From NCBI GenBank assembly GCA_951406725.2, contig OX597833.1, positions 69,316,001 to 69,380,000 on the forward strand: a stretch of 64,000 nt of DNA, written 5' to 3'. The stretch is from Octopus vulgaris. Taxonomy: Eukaryota. Shown here piece after piece: positions 54,171-64,000 of this stretch. The notes beneath the pieces were generated by a model. That model worked only from the letters and a program-made list of their open reading frames with translations. It did no database searches and had not been told where the DNA came from. Numbering within the stretch: the first letter of the stretch is position 1; every line of letters begins with the position of its first letter. The translations under genes were made by a program, and so were the position numbers.

Positions 54171-54819
54171 TTTAGAGAATAGGCGAGTCTGAATAGTCCT
54201 TTCCGCAAGTATTTGTATGTTTGCCGGTGGAAATGTTTGCCGGTGGAAACAGGATTGTCTACTTTTGTAGCCTTCAGCGAGGTAAGAAAAAGAAGAAAGG
54301 AGAAATCAGACTTGCTGACAAGAATTCGATGGATATATCAAAAGGAAATAAGTAGTTGGTTTTAATATAATTGACTAAAGCATTTGATGGCAATTCGCCA
54401 GTTTGTTCGTGTTGGAATTAATGAAGTATGTCTAAAGAGTGAAATAATATAATACTATTGATTTCTAAGGAATTAACGTTTCAAATGTGACATTGCGTCT
54501 TTGGATATGCTCTGCCGATCATACGCAAAAAACATATATGTTATATTTTCCAAATATTTTTTAAATGATCGTTATATATTTGCTTCAAGGAGAATGCTTT
54601 ATTTGTTATGCTAGAAGGTGCGAGGGAGCGGGAAAATGTATATGCTGTTTTTATATGATTTTAGGGTGTAAGTGACATGAAATATAATCAGACATTAACA
54701 GGGATCTCTCTTAATATGTATGGGTGATGATGTGGTAGTGAGGGGAATGCAGAAGAGAGTGGGGTGATCTGCTGGAGTAGTAACTTTGATACAGTTGTGT
54801 GTATGATGACAGATATATG

Positions 54820-55090
54820 GCCTATTTCCTATTTCTTTACCACCCACAAGGGGGATAAACACAGAAAGGACAACCAAGGAGAGACAAACGGATTAAATCG
54901 ATTATATCGACCCCAGTGCGTAACTGGTACTTAATTTATCGACCTTGAAAGGATCATAGGCAAAGTCGACCTCGGCGGAATTTGAACTCAGAACGTAGCG
55001 GCAGACGAAATACCTATTTCTTTACTGCCCACAAGGGGCTAAACACAGAGAGGACAAACGGATTAAGTCGATTATATCGACCCCAGTGCG
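54820..55090 (-). mobile_element. F2 SINE bodies in tandem (headless)
   Basis: Contains the gacgaaata|cctatttcttt junction at ~55004-55023. Confidence 0.85.
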
Positions 55091-55094
55091 CAAT

Positions 55095-55125
<31 letters not shown>

Positions 55126-55150
55126 CCTCTCTGCTTATTTTCTCTGATTC

Positions 55151-55186
55151 CTTTCAGTTGAAGAGCGTAGGCTGGAAACGCAAAAG
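55151..55186 (+). ncRNA. Degenerate minimal hammerhead-like motif in a pLTR-like fragment
   Basis: cttt-CAGTTGA-a gagc gtag gctg-GAAA-cg-CA-aaag. Layout of a minimal PLE HHR but with several core changes. Confidence 0.35.
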
Positions 55187-55263
55187 TATTGTTCACTTTC
55201 CCGACCGTCAGAGCAAAACACTTGCTTGTATACACCTATCTTCGTCTTTTGTGTTTCTATCAA

Positions 55264-55364
<101 letters not shown>

Positions 55365-55855
55365 GCATATTTGTATTCAACTATAGGTTTTATTTCTGAA
55401 TAATGGAGTTGACTGTAGATGCAATCTGTATATTTTCCAGCACCGAAATTTTATGGAAGATAAATTAAGGGTTGTTGATAACAGTTCGCTTCGCAGTCAT
55501 CACAGTTGTTACGTGGGAATATAAAAGGTGCTTACTCCCGGTTTCATCCCTCGTCTCTTATTATTTCCGCGAATCCGTCTGTCTGACATGTATATACTTT
55601 TGAAATAGTGAAAGTTTGATATGACCTCATTGCGATTTGAAATTCGAATACAGAGATTTGGAAACAAATACCGCAGGACCTTTTATTCCCCCCAGTCCAC
55701 CCCGACAACACAAGTGGCTAAAAACTACAGGACATTTAAATAATATTGTTTTATAATGTATATCCTTTTCGAATTCCATAACGATCGATAATAATATGTC
55801 TATTCATGCAAGCACTGAAGGTTACAAAACTAATGGGGAGTTTATATACACACAC

Positions 55856-55901
<46 letters not shown>

Positions 55902-56088
55902 GTTGTATATGTCTATTTCTATGTCTGTGGCCAGACCCGCGCGTGCACAAGCGTGTGTCTGTGTGTTTGTGTGTGTGTCTATGAATGTTCAGTTATTCAG
56001 GTGTGCGTGCAATCGTATTTATATGCATATTTGTTCATTTATGTGCATTTGTATAGCTTCAAAGAAACACTAACATAGACAATTTTAT

Positions 56089-56127
<39 letters not shown>

Positions 56128-57699
56128 CATACATATATATTTATATACCTTCCATACCTTTGTATGTGTCTGTGTGCGTGTGTTAGTGTGCTTTTTTGCT
56201 TATTTTCCCATTGTGCTTGCGTTCGTGTGTATGTATGTATGAGTGGTGTCTATGCGTGTGTGTGTGTGTTTGTGCTTATGTGTCTTTATGATGGTCGCTT
56301 TGGTTGGAGTTGCATTTTAAACATTGATGTTCTATTTCTTGTTTGGAGTATAGCAGTAGAAGAACCGATGCAATATTAGTCCTCGAATACTGTGTATTAG
56401 ATTTCCTTTGAACTCGGTTATATCTATGTGTAACTCTATATGATATTTGCCAACTTTTATAGTCACAAGGTGAAAGCGTCCATTTTCTCTAAATGGACCG
56501 TTTGATGTACAAGATTCGCACGAAGCCAAAACAGTTTCAGCCATTTTTACTTCAATGTTAAAAGATGTCGTATATTTTATAAACTGGCAGTTTACCAATA
56601 CAATCATTACTTACCATTAATTTGAATATCCTTCCGAAACCCAGCAACTCAGGTCTATTATTTTGCAAAATTACATTGCAAAATTGAGCAAACATTCACA
56701 ACTAAATAATATTTTAAGAATTTTCTTCCTTCCTGTGATGTCCATTAATATAAATCTTCTTACGTATAGTTAATGTCGTCGGATTAATTTTCGTACAGTT
56801 GAAAGAAACGAGATATACATAGTCTGACTGATGGCTTTCATAGATTAAATATTTCGAATAAGTTTTTTTTTTTTCAGACGTGCGTAGAAGTTATAAAATA
56901 TATATTTTTTTATCAGATTATAAACGTATTTCTTTCAAAAGAGCTAAAAGTGTATATGGAAAAGAAAAAAATAATTGTACCACATTTTATTGATATCATT
57001 GTTGATGCCAAATAATATATTCTATAACTTGCAGGATTGTTGTCTCATGACTCACGGAACTATTTTGGTATTCTCCCAATAATTTTATATACTTACCAAA
57101 GGTTAAGTATTGTCTAAGTGCATAGATATATAAACCAAATATTAAATATACACCAACTTGAAACGGATATCAAACATAATGGATCGTCTAATATTCCATG
57201 ATGCCTTTCTGTTCTTTAGATTTAGTCATGATAACCTTAGATCGAGTATACTTAAATTGAAGGCATCTTAGATGTCTTATTACGGTTCTTTGACTTTATA
57301 GCAATTTATGGACTGCAGAATTCTGAATTATTCATGCCGCCATATGTAGATTCGTAAATTTCGAAATGCTACCCGCTTTCTCTGCAATCATAGGATTGCG
57401 GAGCCTAGGTTCATCAGTACCTAATTATACGTTAAATTTAGAACGACCAGACTGAATGCTAATTAATTATTTCTAGTTTTAATTGTCGTTTTCCTTCAGG
57501 TGTCCTTCTTGCAAACTACAGTTACAGATAAATTTCAGGAAATCATAAGATTTAACGGTGCTATTGCTGAACTTGACTCCATTGAGTAAAAATGTGAGGT
57601 GATCAAGAAAATTATATATGCCATACAGAAAACCCAAACCTGTGCATATGACATAGAAGAATATGAAAGATTATATTTTAAAATAAACTGGTACTCCAT

Positions 57700-58225
57700 C
57701 ATTCACGACGAACGGTGTTCCTGTTGATCCGGTAAACGGAACAGCGTGCCCGTGGCATTAACGTGCAAGAAGGCGACGAGCTGGCAGAAACGTTAGCGCG
57801 CCGGGCGAAATGCGTAGCCGTATTTCGTCTGCCGTTACGTTCTGAGATCAAATCCCGCCGAGGTCGATTTTGCCTTTCATCCTTTCTAGGTCGATAAATT
57901 TAGTACCAGTTTCGCGCTGAGGTCGATCTAATCGACTTAATCCGTTTGTCTGTCCTTGTTTGTCCCCTCTGTGCTTAGCCTCTTGTGGCTAGTAAAGAAA
58001 TAGGCATTAACGTGCAAGAGGTTGACCGCTCCACAGAAACGCGTAAGCCTAACGTAATTCTCAGGAGTAGTGAGTGTAACACAGAATGTGACAAGGCTGG
58101 ACCTTCTGATATAACGATACTCTTCCTTTATACGAGGTAAGTAGAGTGGAGCAATGTGAAATAAACTGCATTGCTCAAGGACAGTGAGAATCGAACCAGG
58201 GAACGAAAGCCGAATGTATAAACTA
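57700..58225 (-). mobile_element. Old F3-type SINE interrupted by an F2 insertion
   Basis: aacggaacagc..cgtg..attaacgtgcaa..ccacaga..gtgacaaggctg matches 58321-58437. Confidence 0.75.
57771..58002 (+). mobile_element. F2 SINE with 17-bp TSD
   Basis: TSD ggcattaacgtgcaaga at 57754-57770 and 58003-58019. Confidence 0.93.
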
Positions 58226-58273
58226 TAAGTCTCGTGCTTCTACAGACTTTGAAATATGTCAAACATAAATGGT

Positions 58274-58598
58274 TAAAGACTCCGCCGGTTACGACGACGA
58301 GGGTCCCAGCTGATGCGATCAACGGAACAGCTTGCTCGTGAAATTAACGTGCAAATGGCTGAGCATTCCACAGACACGTGTACCCTTAACGTAGTTCTCG
58401 GGGATAATCAGCGTGACACAGAGAGTGACAAGGCTGACCCTTTGAAATACAAGTACAACTCATTTTTGCCAGCTGAGTGGACTGGAGCAACGTGAAATAA
58501 AGTGTCTTGCTCAAGGACACAACGCGTCGCCGGGAATCGAACTCACAACCTTACGATCATGAGCCGAATGCCCTAACTACTAAGCCACGCGCCCTCAC
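58274..58598 (-). mobile_element. tRNA-derived SINE group F3c (CORE-like tgtgtccttgagcaagacac)
   Basis: tRNA head; 3' body shared with 16634; 12-bp TSD aacataaatggt at 58262 and 58599. Confidence 0.9.
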
Positions 58599-59407
58599 AA
58601 CATAAATGGTAATTTAATGAACACAACAAACACGAAAGAACTAAATCACATACAATGTTATTGTGTTTTCCTTTAAACATATATTTCGCATTGAATATCA
58701 TTTTATTTAATGTATAACTGCTAAGACTTCATCAAAATGTAGTTATGGTTTGTATCATGAATGATTCATTACTCTATGTTTTCAAATGAAACGGAATAAT
58801 ATAATTAATTTATGAAAAAATAAACAAAAACACGGCAGAATATTTTGCAAAGTAAGTTATTATATTCGAATGGTATACATTACTTAATGAAACTATACTA
58901 AAATTGAAAATTTATCACTTTTCCATATTAGATAGTTCCAGCAATACATTTGACAAAGCTTAGTTAGCAAACACTTTTGAAAATATAAATAGTTTTCACG
59001 TAATTGGTTCAATTAAATATATTTTATGGATTAATTAATTATCTCTCATGCAATTATATTTTTAAAAATTATAAGCAAATGTTGCTATTATACATTGAGA
59101 TAATGGTGTTTGGCTTTAATATTTAAAAGTATCTATAAAAATACTTTCAGCGAAAGTGGATAAAATCGTTTTAAGCACAAACATTTAATTTGCATAAATA
59201 AATTTGATTTGTAATTAAAACAGACAAGTCAACGATCGATTTAAACATTTAATACGATACAAATATGTGGATTACATATTACGTTTTGCACAATATCTTA
59301 CTAAGTTTAGAATTCTATATTACCGCGTGAGTTCAACGTAACCATTTTCCATTCCAGTCATTGCGTTCATCCAAAGAATTGAACGCTGTGTTCTTTAAAT
59401 AAATAAT

Positions 59408-59861
59408 ACTCTTTTACTCTTTTACTCTTTTACTTGTTTCAGTCATTTGACTGCGGCCATGCTGGAGCACCGCCTTTAGTCGATCATATCGACCCCGGGA
59501 CTTATTCTTTGTAAGCCCAGTGCTTATTCTATCGGTCTCTTTTGCCGAACCGCTAATGACGGGGTCGTAAACACACCAGCATCGGTTGTCAAGCAATGCT
59601 AGGGGGACAAACACAGACACACAAACACACACACATATATTCTCTCTTTTACTCTTTTACTCTTTTACTTGTTTCAGTGATTTGACTGCGGCCATGATGG
59701 AGCACCGCCTTTAGTCGAGCAAATCGACCCCGGGACTTATTCTTTTGCAAGCCCAGTACTTATTCTATCGGTCTCTTTTTGCCGAACCGCTAATGACGGG
59801 GACGTAAACACACCAGCATCGGTTGTCAAGCAATGCTAGGGGGTCAAACACAGACACACAA

Positions 59862-59894
<33 letters not shown>

Positions 59895-60072
59895 CACATA
59901 CATATATACGACAGGCTTCTTTCAGTTTCCGTCTACCAAATCCACTCACAAGGCATTGGTCGGCCCGGGGCTATAGCAGAAGACACTTGCCCAAGATGCC
60001 ACGCAGTGGGACTGAGCCCGGAACCATGTGGTTGGTTAGCAAGCTACTTACCACACAGCCACTCCTGCGCCT
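59408..60072 (-). mobile_element. F1 SINE (59645-60072) plus an adjacent extra 3' half (59408-59640)
   Basis: Reverse complement of F1 with the 3' module present twice. Confidence 0.9.
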
Positions 60073-60277
60073 ATATGTATTTTGATGAAAGCTTTCCAAA
60101 GCTTTCACTCGGATTCCTCTTGTATAGGTAACGTAAACATGCCAAGCAACAAAGGAAAAAAAAAAATTACCTGTAAAGCGGAACTTACCCGTGGTGAAAG
60201 ATATATGAGGACTCAGGAGCGAAAAATTGTTAATAAGCAATCTGCGCAGAAAATTTATTTTAAATGCCTTAATTTTT

Positions 60278-60605
60278 GGCACGTGAAAGCAGGTGGCACG
60301 TAAAAGAACCATCCGCTCGTGTCCGTTGCCAGCCTCGCCTGGCCCCCGTGCCGGTGGCACGTAAAAGCACCATCCGTTCGTGGCCGTTTGCCTACTCCGT
60401 CTGGCACCTGTGCGGTTGGCACGTAAAAAGCACCCACTACACTCACGGAGTGGTTGGCGTTAGGAAGGGCATCCAGCCGTAGAAACACTGCCAGATCAGA
60501 CTGGGCCTGATACAGCCTTCTGGCTTCACAGACCCCATTGAACCGTCCAACCCATGCTAGTATGGAAAGCGGACGCTAAATGGTGATGATGATGATGATG
60601 ATGAT
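60278..60605 (+). mobile_element. 5'-truncated SINE/LINE 3' body with ggcacgtaaaag repeats and a (GAT)n tail
   Basis: Internal repeats tggcacgtaaaagcacc; gttggcgttaggaagggcatccagccgta; tail acgctaaatggt(gat)n. Confidence 0.75.
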
Positions 60606-61154
60606 AATTTCGTGTAGAGCCGATACCAACTTTCTCTATTAAACTTGAGACTTGAAATGGAATTGGGAAAAAATATGCCACTGGTCAGGTAAACAAGAAT
60701 TATGCTAATCAAAATTAAAGCACACACTTTCAATAATATTGTTTTCTCTGAAAATGGCTGGAATTCGTCAAATAATATTAAATATATTCCTAAAGTGGTG
60801 AGCTGTCAGAATCGTTACCGCGGCGACCAAGATACTCATTGGCGTTTCATCCTTCTGAACGTTGTGAGTTCAAAACCAACTGAGGTAAACTTTGCCTTTC
60901 ATCCTATCGGGGGGAAACAGGTCGACGTAAACGTCTAATGCCTCCCTTCGAAATAGCTGACCTTGTTGCAAAATTTGAAACTGATATTAAATATACGCTT
61001 CAGCAGATCAAATACAATAGTGTATTGAAACCCCAGGTGAGATTTTAAGTACCTTCATTCATAAGTAGGATTTGAGAATAGTTATGTCCGCTCCTTAGTT
61101 ATTTGACGTAATTTCATATGAGTTTGTCACAAGTAACGTATTCCAAAATATTCT

Positions 61155-61549
61155 TTTCTTTTCTATTCTAGGCACAAGGCCCGAAAATTTGGCGGAGAAG
61201 CTAGTTGATTAGATCGACCCCACTACATAACTGGTACTTAATTTATCGACCACGAAATGATGAAAGGCAATGACAACCTTGGCGGAATTTGAACTCAGAA
61301 CGCAAAGACAGACGAAATACCCGTTTCTTTACTACCCACATGAGACTAAACACAGAGAGGACAAACAAGGACAGACAAACGGATTACGTCGATTACATCG
61401 ACCCCAGTGCGTAACTGGTACTTAGTTTATCGATCCTGAGAGGATGAAAGGCAATGTCGACCTCGGTGGAATTTGAACTCAGAACGTAGCGGGAGACGAA
61501 ATACCGCTAAGCATTTCGACCGGAGTGCTAACGTTTCTGCCAACTCACC
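61155..61549 (-). mobile_element. F2 SINE with two tandem bodies
   Basis: Junction gacgaaata|cccgtttcttt at ~61311-61330. Confidence 0.85.
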
Positions 61550-62439
61550 ATCTTACGTACACTATGAAATATTACTTCACTAATCTAGTGATTGCTAAGA
61601 ATTTGCTGAGGCATCATTCGATCCGTGCGTCTAAGCAGGAAGAGAGATAATGCCAGCATAATGATTAGATGTGAGCGTATTTGCATAAGTTCTTCGCAGG
61701 TGTTACGGGGAACATGCAAACAAACAAATGCTTAAATGAATGAGTCAGCGTTGATAAACTGCCACAAAAACAGACTAATCTGAATATATAAAACTGGTTA
61801 AAGTTGATATCCATTCATGTAGCATTAAATTATATTCCAGTAAATTGTTTAACTAAAATTCGCCCCTAATCACCAGTTACCGCAAATCCTCCAACTGTAG
61901 TTGAGTGAGTGCTATATGTAGTGGTTCAACAAATGCTAATTAATTAAATAAATTAATTAATTTATATTACATAAAATGAGTTGTGCATCAAGGAGAAGTA
62001 AACCTACGCTGAAATCTCATCAAAGGTTGCAAAAACTCCGAAATTCTAATTAATTAATCTTTGAATTAAACATGCAGTGACGAAACGTTCGCTCAAGGAC
62101 TAATATTAATGGAATCTAATCTCATCAAATATGATAATTTCCATTATTTTATTTGAAGCTCTCGCAAAAATGCATATTATAAAGGAAAGGAAACTTGAGA
62201 AATGACCTGCTTCGTGACACGCAGGTCATATGTCAAATATGTTATCATACATACAGAATATTTCTTTCCACGCTGCGTTTACCTGTACCGTCGATGTTTC
62301 AATATCCTGTGATGAGAGGCAGGTGTATTATGAAAGGGTTCGAATAATAAAAGCCTCGCATTTTATATCCTCTTCTCACACAAATACATGCTGCTATGAT
62401 CTCGCCATACCTCTCTTCGAGTATACATAAAGAAATTAC

Positions 62440-62633
62440 TCAAATATCCGAAGTAAGTAACATATATGTCCTTAAATCTCCTATTAGGGTGTCGTAATAA
62501 TAGGATCCTTCTCGTGCAGTTTCAGCGACAATGTTCTTCTCAAACGTACATATAACGTACCAGTTAGAGTAATCTTTTGCATTAAGACACTCATTTTCAC
62601 TCCTTGTATAAATGGTAACCCAGGCATCATTCA
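62440..62633 (-). mobile_element. Older R4/Dong-like LINE 3' fragment
   Basis: MMPGLPFIQ..MQKITLTGT..LRRTLSL, similar to 62898-63032. Confidence 0.65.
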
Positions 62634-62661
62634 CATTATTATTATTATTATTGTAATTATC

Positions 62662-62733
<72 letters not shown>

Positions 62734-62760
62734 GTTATTATTATTATTATTATTATTACT

Positions 62761-63032
62761 TTTTTTTTTCTTCTTTCAAATTTGCTTCCATTTCTTGCCG
62801 AGTGTCTTCCCGACTCCTAGGGCAAAGAAACTCACAGTAGTTCGTTCATTTTTTTTTTTTTTTAAGTTAAATTAAAATACATGAGCAGCAACAGTTCTCA
62901 CATCGACAATGCTCTTCTCAATACGTGTGATGTACCAGTTAAGACAATCTTTTGCACTTCTTGCAGGGATGGTAAGCCAGGGATCATTCTCATATAATTT
63001 TCGGTTCCCTTCTTGATCATTCCTAGTGCTCC
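62761..63032 (-). mobile_element. R4/Dong-like (RLE-type) LINE 3' end inserted in (TAA)n
   Basis: 63032-62898 encodes GALGMIKKGTENYMRMIPGLPSLQEVQKIVLTGTSHVLRRALSM*, the typical C-terminus after the RLE domain; (ATT)n on both sides. Confidence 0.85.
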
Positions 63033-63099
<67 letters not shown>

Positions 63100-63303
63100 A
63101 TTTCTGTTTCCCTCTTCATATTTACTTTCTACAACCATAACCATGTCTCATTACTAGTAGTTGCCTTTGATCCTTTTGCCGATGAAATAAATACCAGATG
63201 AGCTACGGGAGCGATTTAATCAGCCATCCCCCGAAACTTCTACCTGTGGGGCAAAATTTGAAACCTACATTATTGCTAAAGCTTATATTAAGCGCATCAT
63301 TAA

Positions 63304-63520
63304 GGCGGCAAATTGGCGACGTTGTTAGCACACTGGATTAAACGGTTAGCGGTTTTTTCGTCCGTCATTACGTTCTGAGTTCAAATCCCGCAGAGGTCGA
63401 CTTTGCCATTCATGTCTTCCGGGGCGAATAATATAACTACCAGTAGAACATTGGGGTCACCGTAATCGATTTACCCCGCCCCAGAAATTGCTAGCATTCT
63501 GCCAAAATTTGAAACCAATA
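63304..63520 (+). mobile_element. Decayed F2 SINE
   Basis: ggcggcaaattggc..ttacgttctgagttcaaatcccgcagaggtcgactttgcc. Confidence 0.8.
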
Positions 63521-64000
63521 TTAAGCGCAGCATTGCTAATATTTCTAAGATACTCACAGCTGTCGATTTTATCCTCTCTCATTGCCATTTTATCACTGAA
63601 CCATATTGTTTTCTAATGCCCTTTAGTATCATTCCAGTTACTGTCTTTATTATCATTTTCTTCGTCCCTCCTTATAAAAGCAACAGCTTTTATCCAGTAC
63701 AACCCTAGCAGTGCCGGATGCGGTGCCGTTCCATGCTTGTAAAACAACAAATAAATATTTTCGCCCCGTGCAATTTTTGTGTCATATTTATTTTTATCAA
63801 GTGTGTTTGAGAGCGAGAACTCTAGTGAACCAATTCTGACTAATATTAAACTTATACTATATAAATATGTTCGTCTTCCTTGTCTTAATAGTTCCTTATT
63901 TACTCTGAACTTACCAAGAATAGCGGAATGAAAACCAATTGTGTTAGTATTCAGACACAAATCATCAACAATTTAAAATAGAAAATGATATATGTTTGGT

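Noticed and set aside
56332-56660. 91-aa ORF and gtaagt donor on -
   Set aside because: No homology recognised and the acceptor is weak.
63553-63960. 115-aa ORF or possible exon on - with a gtgagt donor
   Set aside because: No recognisable protein, and all three frames after the putative acceptor hit stops.

Overview
AT-rich, microsatellite-dense eukaryotic (animal) DNA that looks intronic or intergenic. The SINE repertoire resembles octopus tRNA-derived SINEs; this is recognition, not a database result. No intact host gene or convincing exon was found, and nearly all ORFs in the track are microsatellite artefacts. Recognisable content: three groups of tRNA-derived SINEs, a CR1-clade LINE 3' end, R4/Dong-like LINE ends in (TAA)n, four decayed mariner elements, MITE-like foldbacks, minisatellites and a truncated histone H2A pseudogene. 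The main hidden signal is at least five unrelated type I hammerhead ribozyme (HHR) motifs at 5629, 34270, 34817, 35429 and 38275 (mirror copy at 37883). Each has a different palindromic or near-palindromic stem III. Each lies in an insertion within (TA)n or TA-rich sequence, built from two inverted arms whose 3' ends point outward. One is fused to a Penelope-like RT fragment, and one is a circularly permuted ~360-nt unit resembling a retrozyme (circular RNA) concatemer. Coordinates of decayed elements are approximate.
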